DNA of 53,007 bases from Verrucomicrobiota bacterium (GCA_038214755.1 JBBQRQ010000026.1:1-53007), one strand, 5' to 3'; counted from the stretch's first letter, positions 1 through 9,523 are shown. The notes: generated by a model not told the origin, from the letters alone. Numbers and translations are program-made.

Positions 1-141
1 CGTTTGACCGCCAGTTTGAATCACACCGGCTTGGCCTTGGCGCGTTGACTCAAAGCCGGTTGCAAACCGGCGCTCCGTCGCGGGAAATTTTTTTTGGTTC
101 CGGCTCCGCCGCACTGAGCTTCATTCGTGTTTTCCGTCGAG

Positions 142-1047
142 TCAGTCCGCTGAAACTCCGACGATTTTTAAGACACGCTCCAAATCGTCATCGCTGAAAA
201 AACGAATGTCGAGTGAGCCTTTGCCCTGGCGATAACGCAATTGCACTTTGGTGCCGAAACGTTCGCGCAATTTATTTTCCAGGTCGCCGATGTGTGCGTC
301 GCGAATGGGTCGCGTCTCTCCGAATTTTTGCGGGGCAACTTTTTCATTTTGCAAGCGCGTGACGAGTTCTTCGGTTTGTCGAACGTTAAGCGCGTCTTTC
401 AGAACGCGATCCGCCGCCCGCTTTTGCTCCGCCACAGTGGCGAGTCCTAAAATAACTTTGGCGTGTCCGACGGAGAGGCGTCCTTCGCGGAGGAAGTTCT
501 GTAGCTCAGGCGCAAGTTTCAAAAGTCGTAACGCATTCGCGACGACGGTCCGACTTTTACCCACTTTCGTCGCGGCTTCTTCCTGCTTGAGTTGAAATTG
601 CTCGATGAGTTGCGAGTAGCCGAGGGCTTCTTCAATTGGATTTAAGTTTTCGCGCTGAAGGTTTTCGATGAGCGCGAGTTCGAGCACGGCGCGGTCATCT
701 GCCTCGCGAACGATGACGGGAATTTCGGTCAGTCCGGCCATTTGCGCCGCGCGCCAGCGCCGCTCGCCGGCGATCAATTCAAAGCCCTCGCCATTCTTGC
801 GAACGATGAGCGGCTGCACGATCCCCTGCTCTCGAATGGAGTCGGCGAGTTCGCGAAGTGATTCTTCGGAAAAATCTTTGCGCGGTTGGAAAGGGCATGG
901 CTGAACGCTCTTAATGGCGACGCGCTGAACACGATCGCGGAAATCGGCGTTCTGAGGCGGCGAAGTCGAAGAAACGGGAGTCGGACCTACGGGAGAATTT
1001 CCGCCGAGCAACATGCCGAGACCTCGCCCCAAAACTGGTTTTGCCAT
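142..1047 (-). CDS. parB: ParB/Spo0J chromosome partitioning protein
   Basis: N-terminal LGRGL motif, QPRK, GIVQPLIVR, IAGERRWRAA (ParB box), ENLQRENLNPIEEA, HTH KSRTVVANALRLL. Confidence 0.95.
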   Translation of the reverse strand: MAKPVLGRGLGMLLGGNSPVGPTPVSSTSPPQNADFRDRVQRVAIKSVQPCPFQPRKDFSEESLRELADSIREQGIVQPLIVRKNGEGFELIAGERRWRAAQMAGLTEIPVIVREADDRAVLELALIENLQRENLNPIEEALGYSQLIEQFQLKQEEAATKVGKSRTVVANALRLLKLAPELQNFLREGRLSVGHAKVILGLATVAEQKRAADRVLKDALNVRQTEELVTRLQNEKVAPQKFGETRPIRDAHIGDLENKLRERFGTKVQLRYRQGKGSLDIRFFSDDDLERVLKIVGVSAD

Positions 1048-1128
1048 GAGTCAAAGATGAAGGCAAAGGACAACACGCAAAAGTAAAAACTGCGCCTTGG
1101 TCGTCTCACAGTTTCTTGCAACGACTCC

Positions 1129-1275
1129 TCTCATTAGCACCCGGCTTCAGCCGGGTGGACGGAAAAGATTGCGTGCTCAACCGCTTCAGCGGTTTCCCGC
1201 GTGGGGCAAAACCGCTGAAGCGGTTGAACGCCTCGCTCGACCTCACCACCCGGCTGAAGCCGGGTGCTAATGAGA
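1129..1275. repeat. REP/MITE-like long palindrome
   Basis: 30-bp perfect inverted arms tctcattagcacccggcttcagccgggtgg / ccacccggctgaagccgggtgctaatgaga, plus inner inverted pair aaccgcttcagcggttt / aaaccgctgaagcggtt. Confidence 0.85.
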
Positions 1276-1360
1276 CGGACCGATCATGGCAAGAAACTGA
1301 GATGCGCTCCGATGTATTTCGCGGCTTCCGAGTCTCTTGCATTTGGCGTAAAATTATTTC

Positions 1361-1786
1361 GTGAGCAAAAAGAGCGCGAAGATTTTGGCGTTGATTGAAA
1401 AACATCAGGGGCAGGAGTTAAGTCCGTATTACCTCGGCTATTTCGAACTTTTTAACGCGCAACTTTTTTATGAATCACACGATGTGTTGGAAGAGCTTTG
1501 GCTGGCCGATCGCAAAGGTCCGAACGGAAATTTTTACAAAGGTTTGATTCAACTGGCCGGTGCGTTTGTGCATCTGCAAAAGAATCGGCTGCGTCCCGCT
1601 GCCGCGCTTTTCAAACTGGCGCGAACCAATCTTCAAAAATATCCCGCGCGGCACGAGCAGTTGGATATCGGCGAATTACTGTCCATAATCGAAATGTGGT
1701 TGGTCCGACTTGAAGAGAATGATTTCGCACAGAATCCACTTGCGAGATTGGGCGCGCCAAAAATTTGCCTACTCAAGAATAACTAG
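1361..1786 (+). CDS. DUF309 domain protein
   Basis: FNAQLFYESHDVLEELW...FYKGLIQLAGAFVH pattern. Confidence 0.85.
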   Translation: MSKKSAKILALIEKHQGQELSPYYLGYFELFNAQLFYESHDVLEELWLADRKGPNGNFYKGLIQLAGAFVHLQKNRLRPAAALFKLARTNLQKYPARHEQLDIGELLSIIEMWLVRLEENDFAQNPLARLGAPKICLLKNN

Positions 1787-2337
1787 CGGGAAGCCGGCAT
1801 CATTCCCGTCTGCCGGGCGTAATTGAATAAGCCGCCAGCATCGACGACGGGCCGGACATCACCGAGTGGTTTGAACGGATAAACTTTTCCAGTCGCCTGC
1901 GCCGTGACGGTGGCTTTGTCCAAATCGACGGTGACGACGTCGCCGGTTTTCAAAGTGTCGCAGAGGCGCTCGGAAATTTCGCAGGGATAAAGTTCGCCGG
2001 TGGCGACGCAGTTGCGGAAAAAAATGCGCGCAAAACTTTCCGCCAAAATAATTTTCGCATTGGCTGAACCGAGCGCGATAGGCGCATGTTCGCGCGAACT
2101 GCCGCAACCGAAATTTCTTCCCGCGACCACGATGGGATAATCGCTATCCATTTTTCCCTCTTTGACAAAACGAATCGGGTAGAGCGATTCGGGCAAACCG
2201 GCGAGCGCGAAGCTGCCGAGCTTTTCGTATTCTTCGGGGATCGTCGGGACAAGATTGAGATATTGGGCGGAGATGATCTGGTCGGTGTCGATGTTGTCGC
2301 GCACCACGTAAACCGGTCCGGTAAAAACAGATTGCAT
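1783..2337 (-). CDS. leuD: 3-isopropylmalate dehydratase small subunit
   Basis: DNIDTDQII, AGRNFGCGSSREHAP, AESFARIFFRN; start moved to ATG at 2337. Confidence 0.9.
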   Translation of the reverse strand: MQSVFTGPVYVVRDNIDTDQIISAQYLNLVPTIPEEYEKLGSFALAGLPESLYPIRFVKEGKMDSDYPIVVAGRNFGCGSSREHAPIALGSANAKIILAESFARIFFRNCVATGELYPCEISERLCDTLKTGDVVTVDLDKATVTAQATGKVYPFKPLGDVRPVVDAGGLFNYARQTGMMPASR

Positions 2338-2415
2338 GAAATTAAATTGAACTCCGGGCCGTCCTTTTTCAATCAGGATTTCGCGCATCGCGGAGATTCC
2401 CAAATCGGCACCACT

Positions 2416-5283
2416 TTACTTGACGTAAATTCGGTTCACGCCACACGCTGCTTCCGAGAATCCCGAATTGGAAGCGCCCTTCGACAAAACGAATTTGCCC
2501 GCAAAAATTCCATTGGTCGTCAGTTGAACCGCGAGGCGATAAAAACCTTGCGACGCATTGCTGATGGGCAACGTAAAAATCCCGTGGCCATACGGAGTCG
2601 AGTTAATGGAACCCGGAGACATCGTTTGCCAGGCGGAATCAACGACGTTGGAACGATAGAGAAGCTGGTAATTACGATTCCCCAGGAAAGGCCAAAAGGT
2701 AATGTTGGCGGCGCTGCCGGCGGCTTGAAGATCAAGAGTGAATTTGGAATTGGGATCGATGGGCGATGTTCCTAAAATATATTCGGCGGCGGTCGTGAAG
2801 CTGTCGCCGTCGGGATCAGCCAGTGGATTGACGTGCCCGCCAAAATAGAAATTTTCCCACCAGGCCGGAACGGAATTGTCGATGGGCGTTTCCTGCGCAT
2901 CGACATAAATAAATTGGACCGCGTCAGCGATGACCACGCTATTGCCCGCATTATTGGAAAGGCGAACGAAGCCGGTTGTGCCCTCGGAAAACGGCAGGTT
3001 GGTCGCCAGCAAATTCCATCTTCCGCCATTGATCTGTTGGTTGACCAAAAAATTATTCGATCCGCCGTTGTAGGAGATGGCGAACGGAGCATTGACCGCC
3101 CGGTCGGTTGCGGCGGTATGCCATTCATACACGTCGTATTTTCCAGCCACCGGAATGTTCGGGGTGAAAGTTGCCATGCGCAAAGTGGAACTGGAAACGT
3201 TCGCGTAGCGATAATTCGTTCCGTAAAAGCCCGCGACATTTACACTCGTAGTCCACGTGCCGGTGAACGTCACCGCGCTGTTGGTGTCGTCCAAAATAAT
3301 GGGCGCGCCCGCCGTGACGAATTGATAAACGCCCGATGGAAACGAATTGGATTCCGTGGAAGAAATGACTTGAAAACTGTAGCGCGTGGCGGGCGCCAGG
3401 CCGGTCAACAAAATGGTGTGATTGGTCCTGATCTTTCGGTCGATATACGAACTGCTGGTGAAACTCGCTCCCTGCGCTGCTGCTGACGCCGCTCCGGCGA
3501 TGATGGTATCAGCAATCGAGAATTGCACGAGACTGTCCGACGGGATCGTGCTGTTCCATGAGATCAGCGCGCTCCGTCCACCCGGCGTCGCGCGCACGTT
3601 ATTCAAATACGGCGAATCGATGATCGACAAAAATGCGTTGGAACTCGTGGTGGTTCCATAGTCGTTGAAAACCACCACGGAATAATTGCCCACTTTTTCT
3701 CCCTGAACCTGGGATAAAGCCAAACTACTGTTGGTCGCGTTTAAAAGATCGGTTCCGTTGAATCGCCATTGAAAATTCAGCGGCGCGGCGCCGATCACCG
3801 CGACAGCAAAGGTCACGGGACTCCCTGCGTAAACCGAAGTGTTGGTCGGTTGAGCGGTGATCGTCGGCGACGAACCTTGCGGCACGGTCACACTTAAACT
3901 CGCTACCGCGCTTGTGACTGACCCGAAGGAATTGGTGGCGATGACAAAATAATTTCCTGAATTCGTCGCGCGCACGCTGTTGAAAACGAGATCACTATTG
4001 GTCGCCCCTGACAGAGCCACTCCATTGAAACGCCATTGATATTTGATCGAGGAACCGGTCACTTCAGCGGAGAGAGTTACCGTGGTGCCATTGCTCACGG
4101 TCGTGCTCACGGGCTGCACGACGAGCAAAGGCAAATAATTATTTGTCCCCGTTAAAATCCCCGTCGCATTCAAAATATAAAAACCACTTTGGATGTCGCT
4201 CAACAAAAGTTTGTCCAGTCCGAGATTTGGAAAGACGCCCCAGTTTCCCTGAAAGCTTTCGGTCTTCGCTCCGGCAAAAGTATCGTAAGCGCCGATGCGG
4301 ACCGGCCTGGCACGATCCGAAATATCAAAAATTTGAATCCCATTTTGATACCAACTCAAAAAAAGCAGATTGCTGACAACAACCGGGTTGTGCGGAATCG
4401 CGGCTTCGCGTCCCATCGTCGCCGGAGAAATGATGCACTGCAAACTGGGAACCGCTGGATTGGAAATATCGTAGAGCCGAACATCGCCTCCTTCCGTTTC
4501 GCGGCAAACGACTAATGTATTTCCATCCGGCGTCGGCCAACTGCTGTGGGAACTGCCGCCCGAAATAATTTTACCGAGCCATTGCGCGGGTTGGGCGCCG
4601 ACGTTGCTCACATCCCAAAAGTCTGTTTCGCCGGGGGACGAGCCGCCATTCCCGAAATCGGACGTGTAAAGAATGGTGTTCGTTCCCCTTTTCACCGCCG
4701 TGATCTGATGCACTTTGTAGGCGTTGGTGGAAACGATGTCTCTGACAAAAAACGGCGCGAATGGATCGCTGATGTCAATGACCTTTACCGAATTAATCCC
4801 GGCGACGTGCGCGGCTTCATACAAAAAATTTCTTTCCAGGAAAACGGTATGCACAGAGTCGAAACCGCCGCCAACCGAGCCAATGCGCGAGAGGAAAAGC
4901 GGCGCAGCCATATTCGTGAGAGACACGATGTGAACGCCGCCGCCACTCCAACTGCCGAAGTACCCGATTTTATTCCGCACCACTCCCAGTTCGAATTGAT
5001 TGTCGGCGGAAGAGATCGCTGAAATATAAGTCGAGCGCAAAATCGGCGAGGCTGGATTGGAAATATCGTAAATGCCCACGCCATACGGAGCGGCGAAACC
5101 TCTCCAGATTCCCAAACAGGCAATGTCGCCTTCGCCCCAGACATCGCCGTAATAAATGGAAGAACTAGTGTTGGGTTCGCGCTGGCTGATGAAAGTAATG
5201 TTCGCGTTTTGCGCGTGAGTGGGAAGCGTCCCAAAACAAAGTGATAGAAAAGTTGCGCGAACGAAATTGGAGAAGTGGCTCAT
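2416..5283 (-). CDS. Secreted multidomain protein: LVIVD-type beta-propeller, two Ig domains, FN3-like domain, golvesin-like CBM, C-terminal FYRL domain
   Basis: Signal peptide; repeated (I/L)YDISNPA-P; YQWRFNG Ig motifs; GKYDVYEW...VVIADAV; DPDGD...EYILGTSP. Confidence 0.75.
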   Translation of the reverse strand: MSHFSNFVRATFLSLCFGTLPTHAQNANITFISQREPNTSSSIYYGDVWGEGDIACLGIWRGFAAPYGVGIYDISNPASPILRSTYISAISSADNQFELGVVRNKIGYFGSWSGGGVHIVSLTNMAAPLFLSRIGSVGGGFDSVHTVFLERNFLYEAAHVAGINSVKVIDISDPFAPFFVRDIVSTNAYKVHQITAVKRGTNTILYTSDFGNGGSSPGETDFWDVSNVGAQPAQWLGKIISGGSSHSSWPTPDGNTLVVCRETEGGDVRLYDISNPAVPSLQCIISPATMGREAAIPHNPVVVSNLLFLSWYQNGIQIFDISDRARPVRIGAYDTFAGAKTESFQGNWGVFPNLGLDKLLLSDIQSGFYILNATGILTGTNNYLPLLVVQPVSTTVSNGTTVTLSAEVTGSSIKYQWRFNGVALSGATNSDLVFNSVRATNSGNYFVIATNSFGSVTSAVASLSVTVPQGSSPTITAQPTNTSVYAGSPVTFAVAVIGAAPLNFQWRFNGTDLLNATNSSLALSQVQGEKVGNYSVVVFNDYGTTTSSNAFLSIIDSPYLNNVRATPGGRSALISWNSTIPSDSLVQFSIADTIIAGAASAAAQGASFTSSSYIDRKIRTNHTILLTGLAPATRYSFQVISSTESNSFPSGVYQFVTAGAPIILDDTNSAVTFTGTWTTSVNVAGFYGTNYRYANVSSSTLRMATFTPNIPVAGKYDVYEWHTAATDRAVNAPFAISYNGGSNNFLVNQQINGGRWNLLATNLPFSEGTTGFVRLSNNAGNSVVIADAVQFIYVDAQETPIDNSVPAWWENFYFGGHVNPLADPDGDSFTTAAEYILGTSPIDPNSKFTLDLQAAGSAANITFWPFLGNRNYQLLYRSNVVDSAWQTMSPGSINSTPYGHGIFTLPISNASQGFYRLAVQLTTNGIFAGKFVLSKGASNSGFSEAACGVNRIYVK

Positions 5284-5339
5284 GAATGGTTAAGGCTCTT
5301 TTTTTTACGAACGCCGGAGCGAAACACGAATCATCGTCG

Positions 5340-6074
5340 TCACTTCTTTACGAAAACAGCAATGTGCTGGCGCGGGAGAACTTCGATGGTCTCTTTCCAT
5401 TCCAAAGGTTGTGCGGCCATTTCCTTTCGAAGCTGAGCGACAGTCATCTTGTGCACCGGCTTGATCGGGACTTCAGGATCTTCGCCGCGATATTCGACGA
5501 AGACGATTCGCCCGCCTGGTTTCAACGCGCGACACATCGACTGCGTCATCTCGAAGGGATGATCGAACTCATGATAAACATCGACCAACAAAATTGTATC
5601 GACCGATGACGGCGGAAGTTTCGTATCGGTAATTGTGCCGAGGACAGGTCGAATGTTATGGACGCCGGCTTGCACCGCTTTGTTCGTCAAAATATCCAGC
5701 ATCTCCTGCTGAATCTCGACGGCGTAAACCGTTCCTTTCTCGCCAATCTTTTTTGAGAGCTTTCGCGAAACATAACCGGTGCCCGCGCCAATGTCGGCGA
5801 CCGCTTCGCCGTTTTTTAATTTCAAAGAGTCCACCATCAGCCCAGTATTTTCTTCGGCCTCACGCTCGGGACGTTCCAGCCAATCGGCGCCTTGATGCCC
5901 CATGACGTGGGCGATCTCGCGGCCCATGAAAAATTTTCCAATGCCATCGGGGTCGTGCGCGATTCGAGTTTCGTAAAACGGCGAAATCGCGTTGGTGGAT
6001 TTTTCGTCGGCAAAAAATTTGAACGTGGCGAGCAGACAGCAAACAAGAAGAGAATTTCCCAAAATTTTTCTCAT
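5340..6074 (-). CDS. Class I SAM-dependent methyltransferase, probably exported
   Basis: VADIGAGTGY, YAVEIQ, LVDVYHEF, LKPGGRIVFVEY; start uncertain because the 5' end overlaps a repeat. Confidence 0.85.
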   Translation of the reverse strand: MRKILGNSLLVCCLLATFKFFADEKSTNAISPFYETRIAHDPDGIGKFFMGREIAHVMGHQGADWLERPEREAEENTGLMVDSLKLKNGEAVADIGAGTGYVSRKLSKKIGEKGTVYAVEIQQEMLDILTNKAVQAGVHNIRPVLGTITDTKLPPSSVDTILLVDVYHEFDHPFEMTQSMCRALKPGGRIVFVEYRGEDPEVPIKPVHKMTVAQLRKEMAAQPLEWKETIEVLPRQHIAVFVKK

Positions 6075-6163
6075 GCATTGAATCCCTGAACCGTAGCCGC
6101 CGGCGTGAGGAGGTGGACTGGGGCGAGGCACGCGGAATTCCGCCTCCTCACGTCGGCGGCTAC
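6049..6163. repeat. REP-like palindrome (cgtagccgccg-cgtgaggagg family) with conserved tail
   Basis: Arms 6092-6117 / 6139-6163; related inverted copy with the same tail at 49228-49343. Confidence 0.75.
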
Positions 6164-6278
6164 AAGCGGGTTCAACGAGCGCGAAGTGGGAGAGAATTTT
6201 TTTTGCCATGTCAAAAATCCTAAACAGAAATCTTTTTGACATCAACGCCTGCCACGGCAAATTTCAGTTCGCCGCGTG

Positions 6279-6368
6279 GGAAGGATGGCTGAGTGGTTTA
6301 AAGCTGCAGTTTACTAAACTGCCGAGGCGCTTGCGTCTCCGGGGGTTCGAATCCCTCTCCTTCCGCCA
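6279..6368 (+). tRNA. tRNA-Ser, anticodon ACT (atypical A34)
   Basis: Acceptor GGAAGGA/TCCTTCC, discriminator G, encoded CCA, anticodon arm GCAGT-TTACTAA-ACTGC, long variable arm GAGGCGC/GCGTCTC, T loop TTCGAAT. Confidence 0.9.
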
Positions 6369-6422
6369 TCCATTTGCCGTTCTCCCAAATTTTCCGACGA
6401 ATGGATTCAGTATGGAGGGATA

Positions 6423-6448
6423 CTCCACGGCCTCCTCGCGCCGTGGAG
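6423..6448. terminator. Hairpin between convergent tRNA and CDS
   Basis: ctccacggc / gccgtggag 9-bp stem; no clear U-tract. Confidence 0.45.
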
Positions 6449-6459
6449 CAATGGGAAGA

Positions 6460-6954
6460 TTACTTCCGATTTTTGCGTGACGATTCAAGACGGTCCCAGG
6501 CGTCGCGGGTGGCCTGTTTGGCCTTGTCCCATTCGAGTCCCATCGTGCCACGGTGCTTGGAATAGTCATTTTGCAAATCCCGCTCGACTTCCGCGTAGCT
6601 TTTTCCGCTGTAGCGACCGTATCCCTCGTAGCCAGTGCGATAGGCGGGGGCGTAACTGTCGTAAGCGTCTCCGCTCTTCGCGTAAGGGCGATTGCGATAG
6701 TTCTCGCGCCAGTAGGCGTCTTCGACGGTCGGATCAATTTTTTCGGCAATCCCTTTTCCGGCCAGTCCTCCTACAACCGCTCCTACCGCTGCGCCGATGG
6801 CGGTTCCCACCGGTCCCGCTACGGTGCCAATGGCTGCCCCGGCCGCCAGTCCGCCCGTTGCGGCGCCGACACCAGTGCCAACGGGGTGAGCGCCTGGTTC
6901 ACCGGTAATTGGATCGCGGTTGGCGTCTTGTCCTTTTCGATTATCGTCTTTCAT
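6460..6954 (-). CDS. Glycine-zipper conserved hypothetical protein
   Basis: NRDPITGEPGAHPVGTGVGA, GxxxG zipper, EDAYWRENY...W-KAK-ATRDAWDR. Confidence 0.8.
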   Translation of the reverse strand: MKDDNRKGQDANRDPITGEPGAHPVGTGVGAATGGLAAGAAIGTVAGPVGTAIGAAVGAVVGGLAGKGIAEKIDPTVEDAYWRENYRNRPYAKSGDAYDSYAPAYRTGYEGYGRYSGKSYAEVERDLQNDYSKHRGTMGLEWDKAKQATRDAWDRLESSRKNRK

Positions 6955-7158
6955 ATAGGTATATTTAGTTACTGCGATTTATGGTTTCTGTGAGCACTGA
7001 TTGAATCAAATGAAGAGATGACGACAAACGGGGCGATGCCTGATTCGCACAACGGAATAATCCCACGAATCAAGATAGGGGCGAGCATCTTTCTTTAATC
7101 TTATGCCCCGACCAAATTATCCGGTAGCCAACAAGCCTGCTCCTGCGATGATTGGTTC

Positions 7159-7230
7159 ATGAATGCATGGGAAAAATCAGACTGGTTTGTAAAGTGGTTG
7201 GAGATGGCAAGGAAAAGAGCGGGGCGATAG
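7159..7230 (+). CDS. Candidate 23-aa small ORF MNAWEKSDWFVKWLEMARKRAGR
   Basis: ATG...TAG read by hand, followed about 25 bp later by an intrinsic terminator. Confidence 0.3.
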   Translation: MNAWEKSDWFVKWLEMARKRAGR

Positions 7231-7254
7231 TTCGCAAGATCGCAGGCTAAAAAG

Positions 7255-7282
7255 ACGGCGCGTTTCGCGCCGTTTGTTTTTT
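7255..7282 (+). terminator. Intrinsic terminator
   Basis: acggcgcg-ttt-cgcgccgt followed by ttgtttttt. Confidence 0.7.
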
Positions 7283-7319
7283 CAGCAAGGAGATTTTTTT
7301 CCCGCCAAAATTTAGCATC

Positions 7320-7703
7320 ATGACTATTAAAAAATCAAAGCCCTTTAAACAATCGCTCGGGCGATTGGGAATTCTGCTTTTGCCCTCACTGAAAATGAAA
7401 GGTGTTTCGCCTCGCGGAAAAACTTACGAGACAGAGGTGCATGAATTTCTCGTCGCCAATTTTAGCGGCTACACTTTGGCTTCAGGAAATATCGCCGGCT
7501 TTTGGAAAGACTCCCGGGGCAAGCAACATTATGGCGAACATCTGGAATATCGGGTGGGCGTCTTGTCCGAAAAAAAAATTCCGATGCTGGAAAATTATAT
7601 TTCGCAATTGGCGGAAGAGATCGGGGAAGAATCTATTTTTTGGGAAACAGGAGAAGATGCCTGGCTCATTTATTCCAGAGGATTCAAGAAAAGAAGGCCG
7701 TAA
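7320..7703 (+). CDS. Hypothetical protein
   Basis: 127-aa ORF with protein-like composition filling the gap. Confidence 0.65.
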   Translation: MTIKKSKPFKQSLGRLGILLLPSLKMKGVSPRGKTYETEVHEFLVANFSGYTLASGNIAGFWKDSRGKQHYGEHLEYRVGVLSEKKIPMLENYISQLAEEIGEESIFWETGEDAWLIYSRGFKKRRP

Positions 7704-7711
7704 TATTTGAC

Positions 7712-7895
7712 GGGTAGCATCTGCCTCCGGCGGGTGCGGCAAGGTAGATTGAATTGTTGGATTGTTGGATTGAGTGCTGCAGGTTCTAAGTTTTAAGCAT
7801 CGAAAATCCAACTTCCACCGATCCAATAATCCACCAATCCATCCATCCATAAATCCAACCCACCTTGCCGCACCCGCCGGAGGCAGATGCTACCC
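7712..7895. repeat. GGGTAGCATCTGCCTC-family inverted-repeat element, copy 1
   Basis: 34-bp perfect arms 7712-7745 / 7862-7895; core of ttggattg / caatcca short repeats. Confidence 0.85.
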
Positions 7896-8120
7896 TGATG
7901 AATCTTGGGAATTTATGGTGGAGTCGATTAACGCGCGAGCGTCGGTGAATTGGCTTTCGGGAACTTGCACGCGAATTCCACCGGAGGTTATAGACGAACC
8001 CAGATCGAGAGTGGAAAGCTCGTTCAGAATCGTCGGCTCAAATCCGGCGGCTTCCAGTTGCGCCGCGATCAAATTTGCTTCGGCGGAATTGAACGTTTTA
8101 AAAACAGTGGCGAAGTCCAT
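7890..8120 (-). CDS. DUF2007 (putative signal-transducing) protein
   Basis: EANLIAAQLEAAG...GGIRVQVPESQ...AR pattern. Confidence 0.8.
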   Translation of the reverse strand: MDFATVFKTFNSAEANLIAAQLEAAGFEPTILNELSTLDLGSSITSGGIRVQVPESQFTDARALIDSTINSQDSSG

Positions 8121-8150
8121 GAGGCAGACTGCGTCGCGCTCAATTTTAAA

Positions 8151-9158
8151 TCAAGCGGCAAGCGGCGCTTTCAATTCGGCGAACACAATAATTCCCGCGC
8201 CAGTTTGCAACAAACTTTGCACCTGCACGTTGACTTGTTGTCCGATCAAATTTTGCGCCTGGTTGACGACGACCATCGTGCCGTCGTTGAGGTAGCCTAC
8301 GCCCTGCCCCTTGTCTTTTCCTTCGCGCACGATGCGCAGAGCAAACGCTTCCCCCGGCAAGATCACCGGCTTCAACAGGCTGGCGAGTTCGTTCAAGTTG
8401 ACGTAGGGCACCGATTGAAGTTCGGCCACTTTTCCAAGATTGAAATCGTTGGTGTATAATTTCGCGTTCAAGGCTTTGGCCAGTTTCACCAGCTTGCCGT
8501 CCACTTCCTTCTCTTCGGGAAAATCGCCTTCGTGAATTTTTACTTCGATGCGCGTGTTTTGCTGGATGCGTGAAAGAACTTCCAACCCGCGCCGCCCGCG
8601 CACCCGTCGAATCGGGTCGTTGGAATCAGCCACGTATTGCAACTCGCGCAAAACAAATCGCGGCACGATGATGAGTCCCTCGACAAAATTGGATTCGATC
8701 AAATCGGCGATGCGCCCATCGATGATGACGCTGGTGTCGAGGAGAATTAAATTTTCCGGTTTATTCTGCGACGCGAATCGGACGTAGGGAATGATGAGGG
8801 AAAAATCTTCTTTGTTACTGCGCATCGCCAGAATCATTCCGATGTAGCCGAAGCTCAGAAAAAGGCCGAGCCGTATGAGCCAGCGCGTATTTTCCGGAGC
8901 GAAGGCGAACAACTCCGAGTGATCGATCAGCAGCGCGATTAAAAAACCCAGGCCCAATCCAAAGGTCGCTGCCGAGAAAGCGCGGAGCGAAAAACCTTTG
9001 AGCATTTCGTCGATGGCAATGAGCACGCCGCCGAGGCCGAAACCAATGACGCTTCCATAAAAAGCACCTTCAATTATTTCCGGCCGCGCATAACTGACCG
9101 CGTAGCCGCCCATGGTGCAAAGCGACAGAAAAAGAATTCGTATGACCCACAGCGACAT
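8151..9158 (-). CDS. Membrane PIN/TRAM domain protein (YacL-like)
   Basis: 4 TM helices; LLDTSVIIDGRI, RGRRGL, TNDFNL, GQGVGYLNDGTMVVV. Confidence 0.92.
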   Translation of the reverse strand: MSLWVIRILFLSLCTMGGYAVSYARPEIIEGAFYGSVIGFGLGGVLIAIDEMLKGFSLRAFSAATFGLGLGFLIALLIDHSELFAFAPENTRWLIRLGLFLSFGYIGMILAMRSNKEDFSLIIPYVRFASQNKPENLILLDTSVIIDGRIADLIESNFVEGLIIVPRFVLRELQYVADSNDPIRRVRGRRGLEVLSRIQQNTRIEVKIHEGDFPEEKEVDGKLVKLAKALNAKLYTNDFNLGKVAELQSVPYVNLNELASLLKPVILPGEAFALRIVREGKDKGQGVGYLNDGTMVVVNQAQNLIGQQVNVQVQSLLQTGAGIIVFAELKAPLAA

Positions 9159-9185
9159 AAATCAGGCGTAACTATTCAACTGGAA

Positions 9186-9505
9186 TTCAACGCAAAGGCG
9201 CAAAGAAGCCAAGACGCAAAGTCGAAACTGACCAACTGCGACCACGTGACGGAGCGCCGGTTTGCCACCGGCTTTTGAGTCGATGCGCGGAGCCCAATAG
9301 AAAACCTTTCACTATCGCGGGGTAGCATCTGCCTCTGGCGGGTGCGAAAAGATTCGCTGCAGCGCTCGTTTTTTTAGAGAGAAAAGAGGGAATCATCACG
9401 CACCCGCCAGAGGCAGATGCTACCCGGAATTCACTAGGCAAGCCGTTTGCAAACCGGCGCTCCAAGGTGGTTGCGCCTTCGCCGCGCTGCATCTTTGCGT
9501 TAAAA
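9186..9505. repeat. Triple-nested palindromic element
   Basis: Outer 9186-9221/9471-9505; middle 9251-9274/9440-9463; inner 9320-9346/9399-9425 (GGGTAGCATC family copy 2). Confidence 0.8.
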
Positions 9506-9523
9506 GTTTTCTGCATGGTTGGC

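Noticed and set aside
142..1047. parB lacking an adjacent upstream parA
   Set aside because: Split parA/parB arrangements are not rare, and the window edge limits context.
1106..1405. ORFs on both strands with mirrored LAPGFSRV peptides (similarly 9187-9516, 12111-12305, 29142-29678)
   Set aside because: These are translations of palindromic repeats, not credible genes.
6306..6322. Amber-suppressor (CTA) reading of the tRNA loop ttactaa
   Set aside because: The stem GCAGT/ACTGC fixes a 7-nt loop with U33 followed by ACT; CTA is off-register by one.
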